Positions 33,126-48,400 of a stretch of 64,000 nucleotides of DNA are shown here, in pieces. Numbering within the stretch: position 1 is the first letter of the stretch; each line of letters begins with the position of its first letter. Under the pieces are notes generated by a model, which saw only the letters and a program-made list of their open reading frames with translations, was not told the DNA's origin and searched no databases. The DNA comes from a virus (taxonomy: Duplodnaviria; Heunggongvirae; Uroviricota; Caudoviricetes): IMG/VR virus record IMGVR_UViG_3300035520_000451. One strand, given 5' to 3'. Made by a program: the position numbers and the translations under genes.

Positions 33126-36100
33126 AAGAAAATGATTGGATAGTAGCGAACATAAATAATCCTACATTTAATAATTAGGACTTTAAAGATGTATTTGATA
33201 TGAGTGTGGAGAATACCCAAATTCTTCCATACTCATAGTATGTTAACAGTACTTTTGTAACATAGAATGATTTATTTAAAGATAATAATGGAAACTTTAG
33301 CGAAGCTAAATTTAAAGATTTCTATAAAGATAATCTTACTAAATTTTAGTCTTTTAGTGAAAGTAATCCAGCAACAGATAATTTTGAATATAGTTTATTT
33401 GATACTTCCAGAAGAAAAAATTCTAGAGTAAAAGACCCAAATTTTAAATTTACTACTGTAGCTAATCCCGATAGAAATACTATTGGTATAGCAGGTATAA
33501 ACTAGGTTGAAAGAAACACTTTATCTTAGAGTGAATTAGCTTAGCAATCTAAAGTATGGGATTCTAAAAATCAAAAATGGCTAGATTATTCTCCTAATGA
33601 TAGAGCCTTAGTTAATAGTCCGATAGGTTGGATTAAAAATTTATTTGATGAACCATTAGTGCTTGCTACTTGGGATTCAGATGGAATTGATCCAAAAACT
33701 GGAGAAGAGCATTAGAAGGGATAGGCTAAGATAAATGAATTTGGGGATTATTATTATGAAACATTAGGTGATCGATCTTTAGTTGGTAAAGAAGTATTAT
33801 CTTCTTTTGACACTTTAACAGTAGATGGAGAAGGTCTTAACAAATATGATTGTTTTGATGCAGATGGTTTAGATAAATCTCCAGCAGGTGTTATAGCTTA
33901 GACTGCCTTAGCTGTACTTCCTATGTTCTGGGGGCCTTCTGCAGCTATTTATAGTGGAGCTTTAATAGCCAGAGAAATGGGCAAATCATTACCTATGTTA
34001 TATGGTATGGTTTCTTCAATTTGGGGAAATGAAAAAGACTCTCAAACATTAAATGCTATAGCTGCCTTTGGGGATAAACTTACAACTGGAACATCATAGT
34101 ATTCTAAAGAACACGTTTTTACACTTGAAAATATAGGTTCTCTTGTAGCAGATGTTGCTAATCAATGGGGACAACAAAAATTAATTGCTAATTCTATAAG
34201 TAAATTAAGAGGAGGAACTTCTGAATTGGAATTAGCTTATCAAAAAGCTACTGCAAGTTATGCCAATCAAAGTTAGGCAATGTTACAGTCAGGTGTTCCT
34301 AATGCAATGTCTTATATTGGGAATACAAAAAAATGGGCAGAAAGTCCTATTGGTAAGGCGGCTATTTAGAAATTTGTAATGCCTGTTTAGGATGCTTTAT
34401 AGAAAAAAGCACGTTTAGGAGCGGATGCTTCTCTTGTTTACATGGCTATTATATCCAATACGGATGTATATCAATCAATGCTAGAGCACGGTGCTAATAA
34501 AAGAGATGCTGCATTAGTAGCTTTTGGTAGTACTCTTGGTATGTTTTCTGTTGATAAATATTTAGGTCTTGGAGAAGTATTTTTTGACGAACTTTAGAAT
34601 GATACTAGAATAGCATTAAGAAATGCTATTAAAAAGGATGCTAATAGCGTTGCAAAAAGTATGTTCTAGGAAGGAGCTATAAGTAATCCTATTAGTAATA
34701 AATCTAGTAATGCAGTTAAAAAGCTTATATAGAAAGGTATTGATTTAGGAAAGAATTCTACTTCTGAGTTTATATAGAATTTAAAAGATCATTCTTTAGG
34801 ATTTGTTGGTAAAGCTATAGGTGAAGGTACTGAAGAGGTTGCAGAAGAATTAGTAACTGATCTTTCTAAACAATTATATGAATGGGCAGGAGAATTATCT
34901 CCAAATATATTCAATACTTCAAGACTTACTGATGTAGGTGCTTGGGAAAATATGGGGGCACGTTATGGTATGTCATTCTTTGGTGGTGCGCTTGGTGGTG
35001 GTTTATTCTATGGGGTAGATGCTTTTAAGAATGGACATTTTATGAGAGACACTACTAAAGATGAATTAATTTATTTAGTAGCCAATAAGAAAACCAAAGA
35101 TGTGCTTTCTGAACTTGAAAAATGGAGAGATTCTGGTAAATTTGGAAGTACTAATTTGTCTGCATCTAAATATGAATATGACAAAGATGGCAATCCAGTA
35201 TATTTATCAACTGAGGACAAAGCTGATTCTTAGAACGAATATGTTTATAATCGTTTAAGAGAGGGTGTTCTCCAATTAGATAATATCTTAAATACAACTA
35301 AAACTAATCTTAGTGAGTCAGAACTATTTGATCAAATGGTTTTATCTGAAAAGAGATTCTTAGATTTAAAAGAATTTCTACAAGATTAGTCTTATGTTAC
35401 AAGATATTAGGAACAATTTAGAGAAATTACTAGAAAATTAATTGATGCTGAAACGGATTTAAGTAAGGCTAATAGAACAGCGGACGGAACTCCTAATGGT
35501 GAATTACTTCCAGACAGTCCTGGAACTTAGGTGTTAAATGATCCTAATAGATTGCATAATATTGAGGAAGCTTAGAAGAAATTAGACGATTTACGTAAAT
35601 AGAGAGATTCTTTCTTAAAGGGAGAATAGTCTTTGCCTTATACTGAAAAAATGTTATTCTTTATAGATAAGAATCTTAATGCTCCTTTTATGTCTGCTAC
35701 TTATGATACTTGGTTACAAAATAATAAGCATAAAACTATTGATCAATTATCGGAAGCAGAAAAAGAAACTTATAAAAAAGAATATTTAGCTTATAAAAGA
35801 AGTGGATAGTCTCTAGATTTAGATTAGGCTTTTGATATTTATAAGCAAATGGGAGAAAAAATTAATCCTATATTAGATGAACTCTCAAAGAATGTTGACA
35901 AAGTAAAACAATCTTAGGAAGCTTTTTCACATTTAGATGATGCTATTGAAGAGGTTATGTAGCCTTTGTCTCCCGATATTAAATTAGAGGATGAATCCGA
36001 TGAGGATTTTGAATTTAGAAATGTTAAAAAAGAAGATGAAACTGATGAACAATTTATAAAGCGTCATGATGATAGAATTGAAAAGATTCAAAAATTACAA

Positions 36101-39100
36101 GACGAAAAATCAGAAGAATTTGCTAAAACAATTTCTAAAATGATTGACGATGCTGGTGAATATATAGATCCAACAACTCAACGTTATATTCACAGACTTC
36201 TTGTCACTAGACGTTCTGATATTGCTAATTGGTTAATATCTAATTATATAGATTAGAATATTTCTGATTCTAATATTAAATAGATATTTGCTAAATTAAA
36301 AAGTGATTTTAGTAATGCAGAAGAAGTTAAACAAAATTTGGAAGATTATCTTAATAATATGTATTTAGTAGCTCCAATAGAACCTATTAGAGAAGGATTA
36401 GAAGAGATGTTTTCTGATTTTGGATATGACCATCCCCTTACTAACCTTACCGATGTATATAATTTTGCAAAAGAGTTAGTATAGAGAGTTAAAAATAAGG
36501 ATCCTAAAATACAAGAAATTTTAAATAAGGAAGGAAATGAAGGACTTAAGGATAATGTAGAATCTTAGTTGGAAGCAATAAAAGGAATGAGTGATGAAGA
36601 TGCTATAGATTCTATATTAACATTTGATCCTAGTGAAGACTATATTTTAACGTATTACTTAGATCCAGAGTATGAGGATTTTCATAATTACGTTAATAGT
36701 TCTAATTATCTTGCAAATAAGGAAGATTTTCCAAACTATTTTAAAAATATCTTTGATAAAGATTAGGATTTAGGAGCTAATTTATAGCAACTTACAGCTA
36801 TAGACGATACTATAAGATAGGATACTTTAATTAAAATGTTTGACAAACTTCAAGATAAAGTTTCTAAAAATAGTCCTGTTATAGCTTTATTAAATAAAGT
36901 ACGTGTAGCTTTAGATCCTGAAAATAAAAGTATTGAAGAAATTTTATAGCAAATACATCAAAAATTTCTAGGAGAAAAGAATAGAGAAGATTTTAAAATA
37001 GAAGATGAAGAAATTGTACTTAATGAAGCTACTTTAATTTTAAAATCTTTAAAAGCGTATCTATATGCAGCTGGATTTGATGCTAATTATATATTGCCCG
37101 TTGGGCATAATCGAGCAATCAATGAATATGCAGAAAAACATAAAGATATTTTTAAAAATTATAATTAGTTGCCAACTTTAGATTAGAATACAACTGAAAT
37201 ATATGCTTTTGAAATATAGAAATATTTAAATGAATTGGATGGGGATAATCCATTTTCTTGGATTTCTTTATCTGATAATAATAAAATTAATAAAAGATAG
37301 AAGTTAATAACTGCAGACGAGAGATTTACTATGGCTAAAATAGATTTCTTTAGAGTTTTATTTAATCTTCCTAAATTTACTATAAATGGTAAGGAATATG
37401 ATTTATTAGAAGGAAAAGATAAAATTCCTGGAGATAAGCCTGCAGTTTTAGTACATAAATTAGAAAATTTATTCTTTATTAATTTACATAAGATTTTAAA
37501 TGATGGAATTTCTTTCAAAGAAATTCTTGAAAAATCTTAGATTTTAGAAACTTAGTTAGTAGATGTTTCTTTTAAAGCCTTATCAAATTAGGTTACATCA
37601 GAATTAAATGAAACTATTGATTATAGTAAATTTACTGACTTCGATAAATTTACCTATCTTCTAACTATTGCCGGAATTAGCTCAAATGAATACAATAATT
37701 TCATAAAATAGACTGTCGAAGAGTCCCAAAAAGAAGAAGATGTTTCTAAGAAAAAAGCTCCATTAACTATTTAGGAACATGCTTCTAGAATCGCTATGGC
37801 AACAATAAAAAGTCCTGAAATAATTTCTCAGGCTTGGGATTACGTAAGTGAACGATTAGGAGAAACTTCCTCAATTGTAAAACCTGTACTTGATCGTTTT
37901 GTATTTATAGACGGAAGTGCTGGGGTAGGTAAAACACAAGTAATTGCAAGAAATGCTATAAAATTTATTGGTTCTAAAAATATTTGGCTAAGTGCTCCTA
38001 AGGATACTCAAATATAGACTTTAAAGACAATTGCTCCAGATGGTACTTCCTATACTAGAAAAGATTTAATGGAATAGATTATTGGCGTGGAGGATTATAA
38101 AAAAATAATGTCAGATTTAGATAGTAATTCTAAAAAATCTGATTATTATACTTATAATAATATTCCTGGATATTCCACGACTTTAGAAATACTAGTTCCA
38201 TCTAAAATTAAAATAAATAAAGTTAAGGATGCTCCAAAAGCTGTAATAATTGATGAAATTACTCATTTTAGTGGAATTGAACTATAGATTTTAAATCTTT
38301 GGGCAAAAGAAAATAATATAAAAATTATTGCTTTAGGAGATACTAATTAGAACGGTTATACTAAAATATGTAGAAATATAGACCGTGAAAAAATTATGGT
38401 ATTACGTTCTCCTAAATTATCTATTTCTCTAAGAGATGTAAATGTATAGAAATCCGAGAATCTTTTAACTACTTAGAAAATTATTAATGAAATGTCTAAG
38501 TTAGAAGAAGATGATTCTAATTACCAACAAAAATTTGATAATTTAAAAGCTCAAATTCAATTTTTAGATTTTAGAGTATATAATCAAGATGAATTAAATG
38601 GAGATCTAATTACTTCTTCTATATCTAAATCCGATATAACTAAACTAAAGGGAGATATTGCATTTGTTGGAGATACTAATGGTACAGCTTATCAATAGTT
38701 AGTTGAAAATTATGACTCTAAAAAAATACATGTATTAAAACCCGATGAAATACAAGGTTAGGAGTTTGATTATATTATAGTAGACCAAAAATGGGCATTA
38801 TCAGATAATGCTTCTGATGTAGCTGTTTTTAATTTCTTAACTAATTTATATACTCTTATGAGTCGAGGTAAGTCTGGATCTATTTTTATTGATAATGGAC
38901 TATCTCAAATAATTGGAGCAAATAAAGAAAATTTACAAAAGAAATTAGCTCCAAACTTAAAGGATGCTATAGAACCTTTTATTAAAGCTAAATTAGAAGT
39001 ATTAAATTCTTTAGAATTAATTCCTAATGAAGAATTTGAAAAATTATACGGTGGGGAAACTGTTGTATAGCCAACCACAGAAGAAAAATCCGAAGAAGAA

Positions 39101-42100
39101 AATTAGCCTAAAGAAGAAAAGTAGGAGGGAAAACCCAATACAGAAGAAAAAACACCTAAAGAAGAAACTCCAACTACTGAAACACCCAGTTAGGAACCTT
39201 CAGAAGGATAGTCTGAATCTACAGAAGAATAGCCGGAGACTCCAATTATAGCTACTACTGAAGGAACTGCAGTATCTCCTACTTCTGCTCCAGCGTCACC
39301 TACTTCTACTTCTGAGACTTCAGTGTCTCAAGTTGAAGATGACTCAGTTAAACCTGTTACTGATACTATTATTATAGATGATGTACCTCCAGTAATAACA
39401 GATGAAGAACAATCTAAATTAAGAGAGGATATGCACGATATTCTTGAAGATAAAGATCTTGAAGAGCTTGATATAAAAGTAGATAACTTAATATCTTTGG
39501 AAAGCTCTCCTATAAGAATTTATGGATCTGCCCATCTTGCTGGTTTAAATCGTGTTGTAACTAAAGATGCCTAGGGTAAAGAAATTGTATCTTATGTAAA
39601 TCCTAGAAAAGCTATAAAATCTGACTTGTAGATATTTACAGATAAAGACACAATAACAAGCGGTGCTGAATTAAATGGGTTAGTCACTACTTTATTAGGA
39701 TTAAAATCGGTAATCCTTTATAGTAAAAGTTTAGATGACTTGCCTAGTTCTGTAGCTTCTGTAGTTAATGCTAAACATCTTGAACAAATAAAATATAAAA
39801 TAGAAATTCGTCCTAGAAAAGATTCTGATAGTTTTGTAGGTTTCACAGGATTAAAAACAGACGGGCCTGGAAACAATAAAATAGAAATAAATGGTCTAGT
39901 TTATACTTTAGTAGGAGAATTCAAAAATAATAAAGAAGAAACTTGCAAAATAACTTTAGGATTACTAGCTAATCCCGATAGTTTCTATGTTTCCGATCAA
40001 GTAAAAGAAAGCGATAAACCAGCAGTAAAAGCTAAAATTAGATAGTATAGGGCACTTTTTGATGCAATGACCTAGCAATATAAAGATAATGGGAATGTAT
40101 TTTATAAAGATGTAACTCCAATATTTTCTAGCCTTACAAGTATTAGAAAATTTACTGGAGTTGGAGAATATAAAAAACCAGTCCCAACTGTAAATCTAGA
40201 AACATTTAGAAAAACACATCCCTATACTGTTATTTCTGATCCTTACATTTATATTGGAAGTAACTTTAACGGAGTAAATAGTGATGCTATTAGAGGAAAA
40301 GCTGTGGTATTTGTATCTAATGACACTACTTTAAATCCAAATGATCTAATGCAAATTTATTTAGATCAAAAAACAGCTATTAATGCAAATAGCCCTCTTG
40401 AATCTGGAAATAGTGTTAGATTATTGCCTTTGGATAATGCTGGAATTCCATTTAGTACTCTTATACAATAGAACTATCACAGTGTTTATAATACTACTCA
40501 GAAATTACCAGACGGAACCTAGATTATTAAAATTTTTCCATTTGAGGAAGATTATATGGGAGCTAGAATGCTGGCGGCTCTTTGGAATTATCGAGCTAAT
40601 TTATATAGTTTTATAAATGCTGTAGATTCTTTCTGTAAATAGAATAATTTAGAGTATAAAGATCTAGTTAGAATTGCTAAATATGCTGATGCTAAATGGT
40701 ATAAAGAAAATAATGCAGAGGAAGTAGATGAAGAAGTAGACAAAATTTTATCAGAAACTACTGCAACTTAGGAAGAACTTAAGTTACTTTCAGATTTTAA
40801 TGATAGTTTAGCATCTAGAGTACGACAATTTCGAGTAGGTGGTAGCAGACTTGGTTCGGGAACCTATTTAAGAGAACTAACTAATATTAGTGCTGATAAT
40901 GGATTTTATAAAGGACTTAATAAAACTCCGGTAGGAATATATATAACTCCTTTTACAGCTCAAAAATAGTATAAAATGTTAGATTATCTAATATCAACTG
41001 TACTTAAAGATACTGTCAAACTTAAAACAAATGATGGAAAGGAGTGGCCTAAAGATAGACAAATTACCACTAAAGAGGGATTTAGAAATTCAATATCTGG
41101 ATTAACTTCTTCTTTAATTACTGGATCTGCATTATCTTTTACAGAAGATGGAGTTAATTATGAAATATAGTTTCCAAAGAAAGAAGCATTAAAACATATT
41201 CCTAATGTACTTTAGTATATTTATAAAAATCTTTATAGATATTAGTATAATGAGGATTATAATATTGCTCCTATTGTTTTAAAAGACGCTAATGATAAAA
41301 CTAAAGATATAAAGTTTTATTATGGAGAATTTGTAAATTCTAAAAGTGATATTTACATACCTAGAGATCTCGGGGAAGATTTTCATGATAATTCTTTTTA
41401 TGATTTAATTTCTCTAGCATTCCATGGTACAACTGCAAATCCTACTAGAACTAATTGGCACGCAACTGATGCATATTTTCCAAATGGTATTTATATTGAT
41501 CCAATGGGTGCTGAAGTTGTTGGAGAAATTAATAATTAGGCAATGTTTAGAAAATGTATTACTAACGAAAAATTATTAACGGTTAATGCTGATATTGACA
41601 TGCCTATATTTGTAGTTACTTTAAATGAATTACAGAAAGCTGTGGAATCGACTTAGGTAGAAGAAACAGAAGAACCCCCAATAGAACCCACAGAAACTCA
41701 TTCTCAAGAGACTTTAGATTTAATAGCAGAAAGTTAGCAACTAGGTATTTCAGACGATCAAATAAATAAAATTAAGAAGAAAGCTGAAAATGACGATGCT
41801 ATCTAGGAAGCTCTTATCCCACTTATAAATAAAGAATTATCTAAGAATAGCGAAAGATTATTTAGCCAATAGTTAGTTACCGGTAATGAAATATATCATA
41901 TGTCAAAAGGAGAATCGGGAATTACTAGAGTAACTATTCTTGAACAAATTTCTGAAAAGGCTAATTTAAAAGAACCTATTAAAAGTATTAATCCTGAAGA
42001 TATTTCTTGGGAAGATAGTACATTAATATTAACTTTACCAAATGGTACAATATTAAAAGTAATAAGAGGTAATAAAAATGGTTTAAAAGTCGAAAAAATT

Positions 42101-42469
42101 GTTAATAAAGCTATAAGTACAGAAATTGAAGAAGCCGCTGAAAAAGCTAAAAATAATTCAGAAGTAAGTGAAGAAGAACTAATAAAAATACAACAAGCTA
42201 AATTAGAATATCTAAAATCCTATATAACAGAATGGATAAACAGTAATTAGGAGCTTATTGATACTTTTAAAATGGATCCTAGTTTAATAGAATTTGTAGA
42301 TTTCTTAGAAGGCGGCTACAATAGTTATGGTAATGAATCTAAAACATCTAAAGATTATTCAGATAGTATTAATAAATTAATATCATTTGTGGAAGAATAG
42401 GTAATGCTTGCTGGAGAAGACGCAGTTGATGAATTATATGCAGGACTTACCTCCAAGACAAATTGTTAA
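33122..42469 (+). CDS. Giant virion-associated protein with membrane-like segments and an SF1 helicase core (TAG=Gln)
   Basis: 3115 aa with 12 track ORFs in one frame. Walker A GSAGVGKT (37913), Walker B IIDEITH (38246), GDTN* (motif III, Gln via TAG), QG*EFD and YTLMSRG. Ends in ..KTNC*. Confidence 0.8.
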
Positions 42470-42486
42470 TAAAATAAAAATTATTT

Positions 42487-45400
42487 ATGGGGTACTGTAT
42501 AAAAGAAACATTTAATAATACTCATAGTCCGAGCTTGGTATCTATACTAAGCTCGGCAACGAGGAAAAACAAGGGTAAAGGAGTTGATGTAGTATATGGA
42601 GCAATAATTAATGCTCTTAAAAGTGATGCCGTCGCTTTCGAATTTGGAGATAAAACAAATAAAACTTAGAAATACTTAAAGTCTATTCCTTTATTATAGC
42701 AAACTTTAACAGGATTAATTGAAAAATGGAGAGATGTATTGTAGAAAAGTGTAGATGTAGATTCTCTTTTAAAAACTATAAATGAAAACTTTATTACTGA
42801 TTCTGGATTAAATGCAGAGGATATAAAAACTGAAACAGATCCGGAAGAACCTGAAATTGAAAATCTTGAAGATTTTCCTAATGAAAAGGATCGATTAAGT
42901 TAGAAACTAAGAGATATAGTAGAGGATTATTATGGTACGGTAATTAAAGCAAATGATTATAGAGTAGAACAATTTGGAAGAGATATTTCTAAAGTTACTG
43001 TTGTAGACGTAGACAATAGGCAGCTTATTAGAACACGAGCGGATTTAAATGATGCTATATGTGACATTAAAAATAGGTATTTTAAAAATATTGTAAATTA
43101 TTTAAAGTCTATCAATCCGAATTATAATTTTGGAGAAGAATTATATAATGAAGACGGTGAACTATAGAAAGGATATTTACAAGTTTTAAATCAATTCTAC
43201 AATGAATTAAAAAAAGTTAAAGACGAAGGTTTAAAAATAGATTAGGAAAACAGAACTCTTGAAGATTTAGTTACAGAAGGTTGGAGAAAACGTCTAAATG
43301 GATATTCTGATAGCTTCTATGATGCTTTAAATTCTTATGTTAATTTAATCTATTTTGACGACATGTTAAAAGATGCTGTAGGAAGAAGTATAGAATTAAG
43401 TGATTCCGGATTAAATAATGTTGAAATGGATTCTTCTTTTTTAAAATACAGATTTGCTAAAGATGATGAACATAAAGTAAAAGGTTGGGAAACTTCCGAC
43501 GATAAAAACAATGCTTTAGATCATATCGGCAAATTTTCAAAATTAGCAATCAGTACTATTCCAATATATTCAACAACCGAAAATAAATTTTTAAATAGAT
43601 ATTGTTCTATAGGAAGTTTTACTCGTGCTAAAGAAGATTTATTCGTTAATGCCGATCGATTGTCTAATGCTATTACTCTGTAGAAAGCAATTAAAAATTT
43701 TCATAATGATCCGTAGGTATATAGTAAAATAATATTTTAGGAAATTTTAAAACCTGAAATGGCTTATAAATTAAAAGCTGCCGGAATTAATGATTTTAAT
43801 CTTAATATACTTACTTCAGTTGCTAAATATGTTTTTGATCTTAATAATGAAAATTCAATTAGAAGAATTGAAATAGAAGCTCTTAAGAATAGTTTTACAA
43901 TTAATGGTTATTCTGTAGTAGATGCCATTACAGGAGTAATGGACAGAACCATGGATTCTACTTATACTCAAGCTGTGTATTCTAAAGAATCTAATATGGT
44001 AGAAGTAACTACCAAAAAGAAGGGGGCAGCTAGAAAAGGTTAGTATAATGTAATAAATAGAATTAATAGTGAATACGATTCTATAACTAAAAATGACGCT
44101 CTTAGAAAAGCTTTATGTGATAAATATCAACTTATAGATGAAGATATGTCAATCGAAGAGTCCAAACGATTAGGAAGACACGATTGTCATACATATTCTA
44201 TTAAAGTTGGGGATTTTTACATTACAGGAACTACTAAGAATGATATGGGTATTTTATCCTCCAAACCTATTAAAATAACTTTTTCAAATCCTAGATTAAA
44301 TACAATATTTGATCAAAAAGATTCTACTATAGATTTAATTTCCGAATCCTCTATAAATAGAATACTACAATTAGGAAATAATCCTTCTGCATTGTCTTCT
44401 GATGAGAAATTGTTTAGGGATACTATACAATTAATAGACGATTATTTAGGAACTGATTTTTTATCAAAAGATGGATTAACTAAATTGTTATTCTATAAAG
44501 GATATGACGCTAATAAAAATCTATACATTGAAGAAATCTTAGGAAGTGTATTTAGAACTGCTGTAGTAAATGATTTGTACCACAGATTTAATGTAAAATT
44601 GAAAGAAGGAAAATATCCTAATAAAATGTATTTTACTGAATTTCTAAAAAGTAGTGATGGGTATTTGCCTTTTAGAAATTTGAATTTTAATTCGTATGAA
44701 AAATATAAAAACTTTTTAAGTAACACTTTAGGAATCCCAAAATTAATTTCTGTTAGAACAAGTGATTCTTGGATAGATAATTTAGCCGATATAGAGTCTC
44801 AAATAAACGGGGACATTTCTAAATCTACTACTAATGATATTAACAATAATAAAATTGCTAATAGTAGAGTATCGTTTTTAGGTGGAAATATAAAATACTA
44901 TTTATCTTAGTATTAGAAAGCAGAACAAGAATAGAATGGATAGGCTACTACGCCATTATTATTTACAGAAAACAATGGATTAATTGCACAAACTGTACTT
45001 AATTAGGATGCACAATCTAGAACAGGTATAAAAAAGAGTGTTAAAGATATGAAGGCATCTGAGTTGTTTTATTCCTCCATTATCTAGAATTTTTATGGAA
45101 ATTATTTATAGTCTAAATTAAATTCTGATAAATTTGGTAACACTAAAAATAAATTACATGAAACTATATTGATATAGCCTACAACTTATTCTGATAAAAC
45201 TTCTTTTATTACTTATGCTATTAAGGCTAATAAGAAAATTAAAGCTCCTAATAAGTCTTATGATAATAAATCAATATGGGAAATGTCTAGTGATAACTTA
45301 ATTGATTTATACTAGGACACGGTAGGTTAGGCTTATATAAATTCTTATAATAATATACTAAACGATTTAAAAAATGTAATGGGTAAACCAGATGCTTCTT

Positions 45401-48400
45401 TGGAGGAAGTTAATTCTTGGTTAAATACTGTTTCAGAAGAGCAATTATTAAGTTTAGCTGATTCAAAAGGAATATCATTAATTTTAGATACTCATTATAG
45501 AAAAAATGGGGAACATTGTAAATTTAATGAACTTTTATATCATTATGCAACTAATTTATATGCGGATAGAAATTCTTTGGTAAATCGTTTTAAACGAGAA
45601 CAGTTTAATTTTTTAAATGATTTACTTTCTTCAGGAGTTAATTTCTATGTATCTTATTTTGATGATAACGATCCCAATATTAGAAAAGGAATAACTAGTA
45701 ATCCTATTTCTCGTATTATTGATGAAGTATTTTCTAAAAAAGAAATGATCGAAGGTTCGACAACAGTAACTAAAAATGAACATTATAGGAATAATTGGAT
45801 ATATCATAATAAATTAATATTAGCTAAAGTAAATGGTGCGAATATTTATCAAGGTTCCGAAATTGAATATAATGAAAATGATACTATAGAATTAAATCCT
45901 TTATTAGAAAAATATTTCTTTACTGATACTCTTCTGGCTAATAATTTACGATTTGAATTAACAGGTTCCGAAATTGCTCATCCAGATAAGGCTAAAATTA
46001 ATTATACTTCAGAGTTATTAAAATTAGGTATTAATCCTTAGAATAGTCCTCAGTATTTTAAATTTTTTACTACTGGAACTAATTTTGAATTTAATAAAGT
46101 TAATACTAATGACATTAAAACAACAAAAATTAGTGATACTGAAATATAGTTAAGTACTGATGAAGGAAATGCAGTATTGACAACTGATGGTATAGGTAAT
46201 TATACATTAGATGGAACTAATTTAAATGGAGTTCTTATAAAAAATATTATTAATGTATTACCTATGGGAGCAAAACTTAGTTATTCTGACAATATTAAAT
46301 AGAATATTATTCAGGAATTTAATAAGAATTTATATGCTCTTGATGGAAATATTTATCAAAAATATGAAGCTAAGGATAATTTTAAGGATTTAATTTGGGT
46401 AAAATAGCATTCAGATTTAAAACCATTATATGATAAAGTTATTACTAAAATTGAAGCTGTAGCACAAGGTACTCAATTAAAACGTAATGTAATTATTCCT
46501 GCTACTCTGTAGTATATACAATAGAATGTATTAAATGGAGTTCCAGCTAAAATGAAGGTAGCTGTTATTAAAGATACCCAAGCTAAGATATTTAATTTTA
46601 GAGGTGACTCGGATACTGAAGATGCTCATGATGGTTCTGCGTACATTAATCCTTTTGTATCAATTCTTGAAAATAGAGGTTTACAAGATTAGGAAGTTGG
46701 AGTCGATAAGAAACCAATTTGGCATAGTTACGATACTAGAACAATGTCCGCAACTCTTCTTAAATTTGCAACATTTACTATAACAAATGAAAGAATGCGA
46801 ACATCTCTTAACTCGGATATTAAATTGTATGATTTGTTTAAGCAAATGACTAATTTACAATGGACAACAGTTGGAGAGGATGGGCAGGTAACCTGGAATA
46901 ATGATAAGGGAGTTCCTTTTGATCTAGTTAATTCTAAAGGATATAAAAAGAATGGCTTTACTAAAATTGATTTCTATTAGGATATATTAGCAGGTAGAGA
47001 ATTATTCTATGAGGAAAATGGCAGCTATTATAGAATCGTTGATTTTGGATTAGATGAATTTGGTTATTATACTAAAGAATTTGCTGTAAATATAAGTGGT
47101 GATAGAGTAAGTTCTGGAGATCCTGTTAAAGTATATCATAGATTTGATGCTGATAGTAATCATCTTAAATTTAGAGGAATTTCTCCGAAAGTTAAAGGAA
47201 CTCATAATATAAATTCTTTATTTGAATTATTTAATGTTCTTGGAGGTATTTACTCTATGGAACGAGTACTAGATGATAATGATACTAATGTTCTTAAATA
47301 TTCAGATGTTTCTTCATATGCAGTTGTAGGATTCATGAATAATGTAACTATACGACAAGAAAATGCCGATAGTGATATTATGAGTTAGAGCACTTATTAT
47401 CAACCTTTAAAGGATATGATGATTTCTTATGCCGCAAATTAGTCTGCTGTTAAAAATGGAACTGCAAATATAAATGGTGTAGAGGCTTGGAAAGGTTAGA
47501 CTAAATTAAGGTATATGACTTTAAATTCTAATGGATTAGGAATTCAAATGGATGCAGACCACGATATTGACGATGCTCAAATGACTGAGTTTACTCAGGT
47601 AATATCAGCTTTGGAAGCTGGGGGTCGATTACATGGAATATCTAAGCAAGTATATAGAACATTAGGATATTTATGCACCAAAGCATCTGAAGAAGAAATT
47701 AATGCTGCTGTTAAATATATTAGAGCGAAAAGTAATGATTTACCTACTATTGCTATTAAATCTGAAATGTATGATATTATAGGTAAAACGTTATTAAATA
47801 ATTATAAATAGCGTGTAGATCAAGTAGATTTAGCGACACCTATAGTATAGGAAATTAAGAAAAGATTTAATTTAACAAGTGATCATACATTAGATAATCT
47901 TAAGTTACCTCTTAGTGATAGTAATTTATTTACTTAGATCATTCCTACATTTATTTCTAATTTAAATAAAAAATCCGTTAAACGTAAATTTCCAGGATCT
48001 GGGTGTGTAATGGTACCGGGATATGGAATTATTTAGATTTTTAAGTATAATGGAAATGAGGAATAGTTTGATGATGTATTAAAAAAAGCTAGATAGTTAC
48101 AACGTAAAGAATCTTTTTTTAGAGATTTTGACCCTTCTAAGGAAAGTATTGCTATTTATAATAAAAATTTAGTGGCTGCTTATTTACATACTTTTTAGGA
48201 AAAAGAATGGAAGAAGGCAACATTTGATAATACTAAATTTTAGCCTACTGATATAGTAGATATTTTAATAAATGGTGAATATGCAACTACTTTAAGACTT
48301 GATGATCCATATAATTATTATGCCTTTGAGGGGCGTACTAATAATGATATAACAGGAGTTTATAGAAAAGAAACTACTAGAAATTTTATCTAGAAATTAA

